64,000 nucleotides of DNA from Tricharina praecox (taxonomy: Eukaryota), in the NCBI RefSeq assembly GCF_024521635.1, contig NW_026250419.1:124001-188000 (forward strand), given 5' to 3'. Made by a program: the position numbers and the translations under genes. The notes under the pieces were generated by a model. That model worked only from the letters and a program-made list of their open reading frames with translations, was not told the DNA's origin and made no database searches. This document shows, piece by piece, positions 37,701-51,378 of the stretch. The first letter of the stretch is position 1. Each line of letters begins with the position of its first letter.

Positions 37701-38592
37701 GACGGTAGAACCGGTGTCTTTGTCCCCTCCCCGGCTTTGATCAGGTCTTTCTCGTTCCGACCTGTCTCGCTCTCGCTCTCGCTCCCGGTCGCGGTCTCGG
37801 TCTCGGTCTCGGTCGGATCGATCGTGGTCTAATCTATCTCGGTCTCGATCTCGTTCCCGCGGGGTCTCTCGGCCGTCAGCTACAGAAACCGATCGCACGA
37901 TACTACTGAGTTTCTCTGGTACTGTTAGCGTGAACCTGTTGCATGCACGATCACCCGAGGTATCGGCAGGCAAGTGGCATCGCTGTCGCTGTCGCTGTCG
38001 CCATGTACGTACCGAGATCCAAAACGTTTCCTCCACGACTGGAATCCAGGCCCAACGGAGAATTACATTCCGGACAGTATTGCGCATCCACCTCCTTGAT
38101 GTACTCGTAGAAGCATGCCTCGTGCGAAACGTGCCCGCAGGAAAACTGCAATACTCGCTCCCCGCGAAGCGTATGTTCGAGCGGTTCTTCGCAGACGGCG
38201 CACTGGCTCCCAACAAACGTCCTGTCCCTTCGGTTCCGAGAGCGATCCATGTCGAGTATCCCAGCCATACCGTTGGAGCGGTACGACTGTGCGTCTGACA
38301 AGAGGGACGGCGCGCGATCTCTGGTGCCGTAGGAGGGAACGAGCGACGGCGTAGAGTATTGGTTTCGCAGTTGGGAGTCGCTCGCGAGATGTCGAAGGCC
38401 AAGATTCCTTTCGCGAGTTGGAGGATCTCCTCCGCTGAAAGAGAGGGTTGTGGATCCGGAAACGCAAGATTCTACCGGAGAGCGGCGCTTGCCGCTACGT
38501 CGTCCGCTGAGTAAACCGATGCGTTGTGTCCACGGCGAAGGCGATGAATCGTCCTTGGTGTTGGAGTTTTTTGAGGAGCGAAAGCTCGTCAT
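34718..38592 (-). CDS. RING finger-PH-von Willebrand A protein (Far1/Ste5-like architecture); frameshifted at about 36470 in this sequence; start codon uncertain
   Basis: RING: CAVCEEPL...FSCGHVSHEACFYEY...CPEC. PH-like: FGKLRLHGTIRVGK...WQELECYLFSEMLICVKE. vWA: PLDILVVIPVSSSMQGLKI...RLGLVTFG...ILLISD...IHSFGLG. Confidence 0.85.
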
Positions 38593-39366
38593 CTGCACGC
38601 AGCATATGAGCGGAGTAGCTCTCTGAGGGGGGCGGGTGAGTGTGGGAGGGCCGACTGTTTCGCCCGAAAGGAGGAGTAGAAGCGGCGGTTAATTATGCAG
38701 TGAACTGTGGCCAACCTGCGTCGAGCTGATGGGATGTTCCCGGGGTTTGTTGGGGGTGTGCCTGGGTGTGCCTGGGTGGTAGGTATCGCTGGGTTGCACT
38801 GTTCTACTCCTTACGCATAGCACCCGTTATTCGGCAGAGAGAGAGAGGAAGAAAGAATAAGCTGGGCTTCGTCGGAGCGGGCGGAGTATTTTGCTGCAAG
38901 TCGGAAACACGGTAATATGGACGATATATGATGCGTATGTAGGCAGGTATCTGTGCGTGAACGGCAAGTAATAGTGCTCACGTCGTTGAATCCACACCAG
39001 GAATTACACTCGAGGGATGGTACTTGTTCTTCTTAGTTATGGATCGTATGGGCAGTGTAGATGGGTTGGTACTGTGGCTTCCGAAGTCTACTCCCCTTGG
39101 TCCTCTCGTTACAGAGTTTCAGCGACCCCGTGGGCGCGCGCGCCAACAAGCAAGGATGGATGGGTGGGTGGATTGACGGGCGGACGGATGCGGTTGAAGT
39201 TGGATATGGCGGCGGGAGGGAACAATTCTGAGGATACGTGACGGGGTGGGGGAGGGTGGGGGGGTTTGTTCGTTGCTTAGTCCACTTTCTATCCTGACTG
39301 TGGTCGGGGGCGGACGGACGGGAACGAAGTAAAGTAGATTGGATGTGTAGTAGGTCGGCCGCTGTG

Positions 39367-39435
39367 GGTATGGTACGGTACGGTATGGTATGGTATGGTT
39401 GGTATGGCACGGTATGGTATGTATGGTAAGGTACG
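39367..39435 (+). repeat. Degenerate pentanucleotide tandem repeat (GGTAT/GGTAC)n
   Basis: gggtatggtacggtacggtatggtatggtatggttggtatggcacggtatggtatgtatggtaaggtac. Confidence 0.85.
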
Positions 39436-42400
39436 GAGTGGATGTGCAGTGACTTATGAGGGAGGTGTCTGGTGTCTGGCGGTTTGATATTGCAGCAGGT
39501 ACGGAAAAGGCTGGCGAGGCGAGTGTGATGACAGGTCCGTCGGTTGGTTGTTGTTGTTATTATTTCGGGGGTGGGTATAAAATGGCAGATATGTTGGCTG
39601 ATAAGTGCCGGTATGTATATGGTGCGGATAGAGTGAGATGCTGTGGAGGGAGATGCGGTGGTGGAGGATGCGAAGCCGGTATAGGAGTGCGATGGCGCAC
39701 CTATCAAGGAGGAGGAGACGAAGACGGAGTGTTGAGAGGAGATGAGATGAGCGAGAAGAGGCGATGGTGGTGGTGCTAGTTAGCGTTGAGTTGACTCTCG
39801 GGAAGAAAAAAAGCCTACCTACTCTATCTGCTAATTAGAAGGGATTCAGGGCCCGGACTTTCGAGAGATCTCAGACAAGCTACTAGTAGAGTTGACAAAC
39901 TCCGAAACAGCTACGGATACGTTGGATGGACACGATGCGGTTCTGGATTGTGGCATCTCGGCCGGAGCGCTTCTTCAGACCGATTCCTCTGTTGTCGGCG
40001 ACTACATACGATCGCCACTTCGCTGCAGAACGGCCATCACTAGAGCTACATGATCGCCCATATTCGCACCAACGGGGAGTAGATTCCGTCCTCGATGTTG
40101 AGCAGGTTGCCTTCCAACGCGGGGTTTCACGGTCGACAACATCGTCATCTATGAGCATCAACAGATGCACGCACGGGAGCAAATGCTGCACCTCGGAGGA
40201 TCCAACATCACACGCGGAACGGCACGCCTGGCTGTGGGTTGTGTAGAGGACGGTAGATACAGGACGTGGTCACTGCCCCACCTGGGGATTACCGCTTTCG
40301 TTAGGACCGGAATTCTCGTGAAGCTCGTTTCGCATCCCCTCAGCTTGGGCCAAACGCATCGTTCCTGAATACCGTAGATACGTCATTGAAAGGGATGCAC
40401 ATTGTGAGATCCACAGCACCCCTCACAGCGCCAACCACGAGCGGACGACCGGCTGGAGGACGGGCAAGTCGAATGTGCCCACGATGTCTTCAGAGCTCGA
40501 GCTCGCCCAAAGTTGAAGCCAGGGATCCTTCTCACTGGAACTCGGTAAGAGTCCACTGTCATCACTGTTGCTGCGTGCAAAACACACTAGAGTCTCCGAG
40601 CTCTCCTTTTCTGATTGACCGAGCACTCTACTCCGCTTGGGTTTCCAGAGGATCAACAAGCCCCACACCACCCCCTCCCTACCTAGCAAGGATCCGAAAC
40701 GAAACGAAGGCAACGTGGGCCCCCAGCGTGGCCGGGTGTCAATTGCAGTCCCAGCTAGCTAGACCCCAAAAGACTCCTTTTTCCGGCGCAGGGCTCTCTC
40801 GCTCAGCGCTCGTTGGCGGTCTCTCCATCTCGGTACAAACTTGCTTAGCTTGAAAGCTAGGCAGGTGTCGATTGCCCGGTTTCTACACTCCTACATACCC
40901 ACATACCTTCATACTTACAGACATGCATCTCCTCGTTCTCTCGCCCGACCACCTACCTTGGTCCATATCTACATGTGCAGAATTCTCTTCACGATGCCTA
41001 CAGGTGCACAAGGTATTTACATAAGTCACTCTACACACACGTCCAGCAGAGCCGACTCCGAGACTCGGTCTCGTCACAGATAACCAACCGCATGTCTCGC
41101 ACTCGCTAAAACGTGCATAAGTATGCAGAAAAAGAAGAAAAAGGAGGAGATGGCTGGCATCTGTCAATCAATCACGCATCAAGCAACGCGGCAACGATTT
41201 CCTAATGCATCGTGCTATTATGTATGTAGGCGCCATTTTTCCTTAAAATAGGCGATGGCTGTCCTCGAAAAGGGTCGGCCCCTTGCGTGGCAGTGAGCTC
41301 TAACCCGTAAACGTACGATGAGAAATGAGATTGGACATCCCCGCCCCGGTAGTGAGCTTCATACAGAGTCACTCAGGTTTCTTCATGGTTCATCACTCTG
41401 CTCGGAGTCGGTCTGCTCGGGAGTCGGTCTGATGCCTTTCGGCTTGAGACACATACTTGACCATGGCTTTCCGCGTTGCTGGTTGCTTTTCGTCCGTGGA
41501 TTGCCTTTGCATGCCGGACACCATCCGACCTTGATGGTGATCTTGATTTCCCTCCGGCGGGGGGCGGCCGTCGGTGATGTGTTTCCTAGCCTAGATAGCG
41601 TGCTTCTAGCCGGGACTGGGAGCATCGTGGATCACCCTCCGGATTGCCGCTTGCGCGTCCGTATAGACGGCCACTATGCCGAGAATATGCCCCGAGGCCT
41701 TCTTATCAGACTTCCCGGCAGTCTGTGGAGAGTGATAAGTTATGAGTCACGGAGCAACGCCTGAGCCCCCGCCGCCTCACCCCGCCTATGTATCACTACC
41801 TCATGTTCCAAGCCAAAATCCTGAGCTTCAAAGTCCGTACCGCAGTGTCTTGCCATTCGAGCTTAAACAGGACCGTTCCAAAAGTTACCTACCCTGAAGG
41901 CAGACCGCAAGCGGGCTCGATCAACACGTGGCGTTTTAGACGTACCACCAGAAGCGCTGCTGCCGCTGGGGGATTTGTGGCTCAGAACCGACAATAGCAG
42001 CAAGAAGTTAGAAGTTAAAACGGTTACGGATAGCCACTGAGTCAGTGAGTCTGCACAGTGCACAGCGCATGATTCTAGAAATAGACATTGCACGTGAGCT
42101 TTGAAGCAGCAGGTCTGAGCCTGAGGGCGACTCGCGAGACGTCGAGACGACAGAAATAGTGGTATTAGGCCTGCCAGTAGGTCAGTATGAGAGCTGAGCT
42201 GAGTGATCGTCGTTGACCTGTACCAGCACATATCACAGCACAGTGTAGAGTATCGAGAATTCGCCAAACCCAACCAATCCTTCAGCCTTCAAGCTTCAAC
42301 CTTCCACCACGTGTACACTTCCAGCTTCCAGCCTTCAGCCCTCAGGTCCCACCGTCCCATCAATCTTTGATCTACACTTTTGTAGGTTGCAAGTTGCACT

Positions 42401-44812
42401 TCTTTGCGCCGTCATCATAGTAAGTGCACGTCTCATGAGTCGTCAGCAAACGCCCCTAGGTACCGTAGCATGTATGTAAGCGCTTATGCTACGCCCATTA
42501 AACTGCGACTCTGCGACTCTGCGAGCGCTCGGATCACCGTCCACCAGCCAGGTGGCAGGAAGTTTCCCATTTCCGAGGGGAGGGGGGAGGCTGGGGGCGG
42601 AAAGGTTCGGATATGTAGGCATGGTATGTAGATACACGCGTATGATACATACAGAGGACAGGTCTGCTGCGCAAGGCTACGGGATCCGGCGGCCTTGGGT
42701 GAAGGCCTGTCACCTGTCGATAGCCACTGAGGTACGGAGATCTGTCAATTCGGACATGCAGAGTACTACTCACCTAGAGTACCTACCTACTAGGAGAGGC
42801 CACTGATCCTCCCTCCCTTCGGGCCCTCCCTCTCTCCCACCAGATATATAACCACCGGACAATGTCATAAGCGAGCACACAACTTACATATACACGGCGG
42901 CAATACTCCACATATACACATAGAGCACTCTATGCTTGAGGAAAAATGTGGGGATAGTTATTAACTAACTCTCCGGCACTCTCATTCCGTGAATCCGGAG
43001 AAAAGCTGGGGGGTTTTAGCGTGCCGGTTACATGACGCAAAGCGGAACCGGCCCTTGGCCTGATTCGGAGCTATTAGATGCTAACTTAATAGCATGTAGT
43101 AGGGACCTGTTAGTGGCCGGAGTTTCCTCCGGCCAATATCTCCGTTACGCAATTACCGATTGTGAGGATCTCTAGAGTGACAGAGTCCAGAGTCCAGAGT
43201 CCAAAGTCTAGGGGACGGAGGTGTATCTACCCGACTTGTGCATTTTGTTCTTGTATGCAGAGGAGAGTAACGACTACTTGCAGTCTACATATTCCTTCAG
43301 GAGAGATTCGTGGGCACTCACTGGCACCAAGAGGGGGCCGCCATGACAGATGTTCGACAGGTACTATACTGAACGCCGATCAACACTCTGAGCCGCTTCT
43401 TATCCAGCCTCAAGCGCAATAAACTCGGCACCGATAACGTACGGTACCAAGGTAGGTAGTGGATCGGCGAATCACCAGCAAGGGAGATCTGAGACAAACC
43501 CTCTTTCCTCCGGGTGCAACGGTCCTGACCCTGGCGGCTTGCGGGAGTACCTATCATAGTACCCAACATATGTCAGTATGAAGGTAGGCCGTGATTGAAG
43601 CTCCGCTGTTCCTAGAGTGCCTATAGAGTACATGGTACCGGTAGAGACACCGCCCACGGGGGGAAGTCACTGCATATCTGTTAGATACAAGGCGTGTTCT
43701 AGATTACATGTGTAGGAGTACGAGCTGCCCCTAGGTATGTCCCTGTGACTGGTGGATGCACGCGTCCCAGCACTGATTCTGACTCGGCTGTGTCAATCCC
43801 GAATGGCAATTTCCAATTGCAAGCCGGCCCGTTCCAATTGAGAAGTACATGGAGTACATGTCCACAAGAGATCATATTGCCAGGGCAATTTCGTTCTCGG
43901 GTTCGATCTCTGTACTAGGTATGCTACTGCAGTAAAGTACCAGTCATGTACCTGCCATCCCATTGCACATGCGTGGGTGCTCGTTCGTGATCGGTCCAGT
44001 TACCCGCGCCATGCAGTCCATGCTGTGTGTGCACGTCAGTTATCAACTTTTCTTCGCGAGCCGCAGTTCCGCAAATTCTGTAGAGTGGGTATGAGGTATG
44101 TTCTTAGGTATGTACCCTATAGTACACCTATAACTAGCTGAACAGATGCAAGATAATCTGACCGGTCAGGACGGTCAAAGATTGTCGTAAAAGAAAAAAG
44201 GACTCCCAGATGGTTCGTGGCACTTGCTCGAAAAAATCGTGAGGAATGTACAACGAGGTAGGTACCTAGATGTGCGAGTGCGTGTTTTCTCCGCGCCTGC
44301 CAGAATTGCGTCGAGTTGTCCTTCTGCAGCGAGAACAAATGTTCAGCTTCGGCCCGCACGCGGGGCCAGGGCCCTGTCGCAGACTTGTCGTGCTGCTGGA
44401 CACCTTGTGTGAGCCGAATGGCTGAAATCGGGTCGGGGTCTTGGCAATAGGGGCTACCCCTGCCCGTGCACACTTCTGTCCAATCGTCACAAGAACCACC
44501 AGCTGCCATTCGGCTCAACCGTTATTTCCATCCATCGTCAGCGACTGCTACATACGAGCCTCACTCCCCTCCTCTCTCTCCCCCGCGATCTCACCACTCT
44601 CCACCTGGCCTCGAAATAAACCCACGGCAAAAAAAAACAAAAACACAAAATCGCATAATGGCAGTTTAGAGTGCGTCTTTAGCTTTCATACCTCTCTCTC
44701 GTCCCCCTCCACGTGTTGCACTGCAAGACGGGATCAACACGGCATACGCAGCATACTTACTGCTATACCGAGTTCGCACATCCAAGCTGACTCCAATCAG
44801 ATTGCTCGTCCC

Positions 44813-47800
44813 ATGGCTTCATCTTCCGATTTTCCAGATGGCCGCAAGTCGCCGGGAAGCCGCAAGGTTCCCAATCCCCTCGCTACCAACTTCTTCGCAA
44901 AATCCAAAAAGGGCGACCTCAGAAGCCCGACCGTCCACTCCCCTTCCTCGTACCTGAAAAGCAAACCACCGATCGAGATATCGGTCGTACATGCGAGAAC
45001 CGACGAGGACAACAACAACAATAGCGTCAACAATAACAACACCAACAGCAGCAGCAGCCACAACACCCACAATAACGGCAGCGGTAGCGGCAGCAGCGCG
45101 ACCATCGACCCAACGCTGGCAGCAGCTCTCGCAACCGCGACAACATCCAGGTACGACGACAGAACCGAGCCTATAGCGATCCCCGCCTCCGCACAGATGG
45201 GGTCCCACTACCGCCATCATAAGAAGCTCGCCCCTTCAACCTCATTTAATACGCACTACCGCAGCATATCGAGATCGATGAACGATTTGGGCAACATCTT
45301 CTCCCGCGGACGCTCGCCCCCGAATCGCGATGTCCCCCCACGCCCTTCCGTGGCCGCGAATGCCCAAGAATACAGACGGAAGCTACAAGAAGGCGGTCAT
45401 TCGAAAGGGTTCGAAACGGGAGGCGTCCCTTCTATATCGGTCATGCAACCCGGCGAACACGCGAACCGAAATCGTGTCCTCCGAGAGGGATGGTTGAACG
45501 TTATCGACTCCCATACGAAGAAAGCCAGCATGAGAGATGCGTGGAAGCTCCACTATGCCTTGATAATCGATGGTCAGATGTTCCTATACAAGCCGCCTTC
45601 AAGCTACCAGATCAGGGCGTTCGAGATTGATGCAGGACCCCCAAGTCCACAGAGGCCGCAGAGTGCTCCGGCAACTGCTTCGGCGGCATTCGATGTATCC
45701 AGTCTTCGGCACAGAAGCACCGCGAGGCATCCCGAGCTGGTTCTGGAGGATGACGGTAGTGTCAAGTATGGCACCGTGGAGGCGCTCTGTCATGAGCTCA
45801 TGTTCACGCAGGATTCTTCGTTCGTCCACTGGGCGGCGCGTTCGCTATCCGGATGGACCGGGCCCGAAACGGTGCTGTCGATGTTGTTGGAGCTGTCGGC
45901 GCTGAAGGACTCGTCGGCACGAATAGGCGAGATATTGCAGATACTAGCTACTGCTACGCCGGGCCTGCTGCTCGAGCCCGGTTGCTACAACTGCGCGAGG
46001 CTGCTGGCGGAGAAGGCCGTAGGACCTCACAACCGGGAGCTCGCTAAAACATCGAGAATGGCGATTGAGAAGGCCCGCACAACACTCCAAAAGGCCCTTG
46101 GTATAGCCGATGGTGAGTCTTGTCCGATCATCAGATTGCAATCGATTCTGATGTGACTATAGAACTTACTAACCCCCTTCCGGAGCCCCCTCGGGTTATC
46201 ACCGCAAAGCTCACCGCTGAAGCCTTCATGCGAATCAACCCGGAGGTCCTTGCCGCTCAAATCCACCTGTTCCACTTGAGGTATGCCCGGGCATGGAATC
46301 CAGTGCACGATGTGTCACTCCTGCTCGTGTCGCCACATCTTCCTCCGCCTAGCCAGCGCAATCCATTGGTGTTTAGCACTGCAAACATTCATTTCCTCGG
46401 AGACCGAGTCCTTGACCATGTCCTCAGTGGGGAGCCTGCACACCATCTCGAGCTGAGAGTTGCAGTCTTATCCCAGTGGATCCAAGTGGCACAGCTCCTC
46501 AAGAGCAGGGGTGACATGGTTGGATATCTGGCGATCATGATGGCGGTATTATCGCCGCCGATACTTCGACTGCGTGAGACGTGGAGCGCTATATCTCCCA
46601 CAGTGGTCGAGGAATTGAGAGAGACGGGAGGTAAAGCCATGCGAATCTTGGAGCGGAGAAGACTCGATGGAAAACCGGAGACCCCGGACGGCCGAGCATT
46701 CGTTCCGAAGGGTGTGGGGGTTGATTTTCCGTGTTCCGATGGGGTTCCTTTCTTTGGTGATCTCGTGCATTGCATGGACGATGCTTACTCCAGCCGTGAC
46801 CGCAATATTGACTACCAGAAAATGGTCCAAGGGATGAACGCGATCGCGGAATCCCTTGCCAATTGGAAGAAAGACTGGATCGATACGAATCCTGAGCTGG
46901 CGACCAGGAAGGAGGTTGAAGTCAAGGAGATTGAACAAATCCAGCAGATGCTTCAGTATCTGAATGCGAACAACCAGACTCCACCATCTGCCAACTCTAC
47001 GGTTTATTTTGACAAGTCATTGGCATGCGAACCGTCCTCCACTGGACTGTATCTGCAATCCCATTATCACCAGACGCTTCCGCTCAGCACGGGTGCTAAT
47101 ATACCACTGATACTCACTGATATACGTGCCAACTTCTCTCTTTTTGACAGATCGGACACACTGGCAATTTCCGGTACCATGCATAAGAAAACGCCGAGTT
47201 CAGGATTAGGGTCTCCGATCAGCACGTCCGGGGGATATCCTCTCGGTGCGCAGTCCAATCAGAACCTACGACCTCCGTTATCTCCTGGACCCCAGCAGGT
47301 TATCAGACGAACTCGGTCATTTCCGCCGTCCCGGCCCACAGTACAGACGACCGGATACGACGACTTAGACTTTACGACCCACGAACGTACGGCGGTGCTA
47401 CATGGCGGAGACAATGCTATGCTTCGCGCCATCCGCGATGTAGCGGGAGTCGGACAACAGCTGTTTCACTCTAAGGACGGAGAACTTGTCCTCAAGTCTA
47501 TAACCGACGAATCGCAATCGCGGCCTACCAGTGTCATTGAAACCACTTCTAATCGTCAGAGTATGGTGTCGAGAAGGTACTCGCAGGTGCTGAGTGCCAA
47601 CGTTTCCCCTAGGGTATCCGTGTACGGTGATTCTATTCCCAACACACCGTTGCGGGAAGGATTCGACCTGGACGTTCCGAGTCAGGCAACCTCACTTGTC
47701 GTTGTGCCAAAAGGTGGTACACTGGAGAGGCTGGTCGATATCCTCGTCTTGGGCGTTGAAGAGTTTAGCAGAAGGATGAACAGATCGGAAGGTGGGGATT

Positions 47801-50781
47801 CCCGGCCGCCGATGCTTCGTATGGATATGGATGTATTCACGATCACCTTCTTCGCAACCTATCGCAGGTAAATATCAATCTTGTCCGCTGGCCCGCATTT
47901 TTGCTAACTATGTCAGCTACTGCTCTCCTATCGTCCTCATCGACTATCTGAAGAAACGCCTAGTTGGTTCCAAATCTGCCGCGAGCTTCAGTGGCAACGA
48001 GAGTGACGATGTTGTCTTTCCCGATTGGACCGGAGTTGATCATGTCAAGGACGACTCTGTTGATTGGGCCCTAGTGGCGAAAATTCACTTCGGTATATTG
48101 GATGCAATTCACATCTGGATCAGCGAATTCTACTTGGACTTCCACTGCGACCAATACCTGGCGGAGTCGTTTACGACGTTTCTGGACATCGCTGCTAAAG
48201 AGCTCGCGTTCTGGAGATCCACCGAGCCGGAAATACACCAGCTTAGAAAGCAAGCCGACGAGATTAATTCTTTATGGCACAACATAAAAGACAAGTTTGC
48301 GAGTCTTTCGTTCACACCTTCGACGTTCGACTTCCCCAGTCCCGGGAACGCTACCTCAAGCTTGACAATCCCCCAGCCGGATAATATCAGTCAAATTTCG
48401 GAATTCATAGATATCCTGGACGTGCGAGTCGCTCAATTTTTTGCGTCTGTCAGACTAGTTGACTGGATGTTCACTTTTGAGCAGCTTGAGATTCAGAGTG
48501 CCGAGCCGATGGGCTTCTTTGTGCCGAAGATCGCACTGTTGACGCACGATGAGGATGGCCCGATCCAAGACATATTCTTTTTGTTGAGAAATCTGCGACG
48601 TGAAAAGACCACCAGCACTCTGTTACAAACGTTGCCAAAACCGCTGAGGAATCTCTGCGCATTACATCAAGATTTGTCCAACTGGATACTGTCTCAGGTG
48701 GCCGAGCCCAAGATTAGTGTCGAAGTGCGGTCACATCGTTTGGCAACGCTCCTGAAGGCGCTCACAATCTGTCGTCAACGAATGTCAGGCATGGACCTGT
48801 ACGACAGTTCGGACAGTGGGGTGTCCAGGCATGTTCCTTCGTTCGTTGGAAGTGCGATCTCTACCGCCCTGGTCCGACCAGAGAGCAGAGCATACGGTTT
48901 CGCTTGGCAACTTGCAGTCAAGAACGCATGCGGGTTTGTATCCCAATGCGAAACTCTCGAACAGGTCATTCCCGAGTCCGTCGACGGGGAAATACCAGCA
49001 AAGCCTCTAACCACCTCGGTGGGGTGGATGCTTGAGCGGTTGTTGGAGATTGTTTGTCATGTCCCGAACATGGTGGTAGAGAACAATCGTCTCATCAACT
49101 TTGACAAGAGACGGTATGTGTACAACTTCATCAATAACTTCACGAACCACACGGATGCGCAGAGCGATGAAACGCACCCTTCTCGGCATGTTTTCGCGCC
49201 TAAAAATCTGGAACCTATCGACATGAGGGCTCTCCGAGATTCCGCAAACAGGGAAAACCAGCTCTTGAAGCACGGCAGAATCAAAGTCTTCTGGAAGCTA
49301 GTTCATCGAGAGCAGGAGAAGCTCCGACGCGATGCCAAGCAGAGGGAAACCATGGACAGGCTGCATAGGAACCAGATGCGGGCAGAGCATAAGCGCCAGC
49401 CCACTGCTGTCCGAGTGGAGACCGAGAGGAAAGGTGGTAAGCGACTGGGAGTCAACTCGATTTTCAAGGCGGTACGCCCGATCTCGATCGCATTTACAAG
49501 TGGATGGACCCCTCCTCAGCATACCTCGCGAGTTGTCCGCGCTTCGGAGCTGCCTGCCTTCAAGGTTGAGCACGGCCGGAGGCCGGTTGCTACCATCGAT
49601 CTCAAGCAGGTTGCGTCGATCACATGTCCTCGTAAATCACGCGATAAAGGTCTGTGGAAAATAACCCCAGGTAGTGGAACCAGCTACGTGTTGCAAGCAA
49701 CATCAGAGAAGGACCTCGATGAATGGCTGAAGATCGTCGCCGCCGTCCGCGGTCTGAACGTTAGTGAGGGCGCCGAGTCGATTGACCTTCTTACCATGGC
49801 CTCTGCAACCCGAATGCCGCAGCCAGTTTTTGGCGTCTCGTTGGAAGAGCTATGCAGGAGAGACAATGTGAAAGTACCTATCATCATTGAAGGATTACTG
49901 ACGGAGATCGAGATGAGAGGTATGTTCGCTTTCTTGATGATTCCGCCACAAGATCTAACGATGTTGTCATAGGTCTGGCTGAAGTCGGACTCTATCGGGT
50001 GCCGGGCTCCCTTGCTAGCATCAACGCCCTGAAGGCTGCCCTCGATTCCGGAGAAGACATCAAGATGGACGATGACAGGTGGTACGACATCAATGTCATC
50101 GCCGGCGCGTTCAAGAGCTTCATGAGAGAACTGCCCGTCCAAGCGCTCGAGCAGGATATCCTGGATGAGTTGAGGGATCTGACTGGTATGATTCAACCTT
50201 CCCCCAACAGCTAGGCCAAATTAGAATACTGAGCCCGAGTTCGTCTTAGCCGACATACCTGAAGAGGAAGATCGTGTACCGAGATACCGAGAGACGATGA
50301 TGAAACTACAGCCGCACAACTACTACTTTCTTCGTCGGGTCTACATTCACTTTGCTAGGTATTGCTCCTTACCCCTCCCGTGTTGCCATTCCGGGCGATA
50401 CATTTACTGACTTGATAACGTAGGGTCGCGAGCAACGCCGCGGTCAACAAGATGCATGCTGTGAACCTGGCGATCGTATTCGGAATGGGACTGTCTCCCA
50501 ACTCTGCCCACCCATTTGGAGTCTCACCGGATCTTGGCCTCTACCAGACCATGGTCAAGACCTGGATAACCTATGCGGACCAAGTCTTTCCCGAATCGGA
50601 GGACGACGATTCTCGGTCGGCGTCCGTTATCCCTGTGGACTCAGGCGGTATGCCATCCGAACCGAACTCGCCACTGTCACCGGTTCACGACTCACCCCCC
50701 GGATCGAGTTTGGCGGAGGAGCAGTGGTGTGGCACCGAGGGAAGTGCTGGTGGTAATGATGGGGCGGCAGGTGTTGTATAA
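44813..50781 (+). CDS. BEM2: Bem2-like RasGEF / PH / RhoGAP multidomain protein, 6 exons
   Basis: PH-like LREGWLNV...WKLHYALI, RasGEF-like VLAAQIHLFH and GVPFFGDL, REM GGTLERLVDIL...TFFATYR, LINFDKRR, PH YVLQATSEKDLDEWL, and RhoGAP VFGVSLEELC...GLYRVPG...AGAFKSFMRELP...NKMHAVNLAIVFG. Confidence 0.88.
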
Positions 50782-51378
50782 CTTTGTTTGGCTGCTGTTT
50801 GCTACTTGATTGCATGTTACATCGCGTCCATGTTACCAGAGTGCTTTTTCTTCTTTTTTCTCCCTTTTTCTTCTTTTCTCTTTGCGGATCTGTGTCTTCT
50901 GGCGTCATTTGGGCATTGATTCTTGGTCTCCTTTTCTTCTTTCTCCTCATTTAGGTATATCTAATGGTATATACTTCTGTATCGCTATCGTCCTTCTATT
51001 GTGTTGTTTCATTTAGCTTGTGTACACTACTTGATCGGTGATGCATTGAATTTCAGAATCGGCGGGGCGTCTGAAGTTTTCCGTAGAGAGACCCATGTGA
51101 TGTCACTCGACCGCCAAGCCGATTTCTCCATTGCCGATGATATAGATTTTCAGTTGTTTAAGCGTGTGTCTGAGACTAATTGGGGCGCACCCGAGACTAG
51201 CGTGTGCTTCCATGAACCGCTGCGCCAAAGCAACACCACTTCGACAACTGCTACCTTCGACCTGCCATTCACTACTCGTCCTTTAACCTCCACACAACAC
51301 CACGACCTTGAAGCAAGCTACAACTCTTCCGAACCAACACGCAAACACCAACCGACTTGTTCTTCCAAGTCCTTCAGC

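Noticed and set aside
41318..41764. 148-aa ORF and a short GCAGACCGACTCC(C)GA duplication in the large intergenic region
   Set aside because: No recognisable homology or splice structure; likely non-coding.
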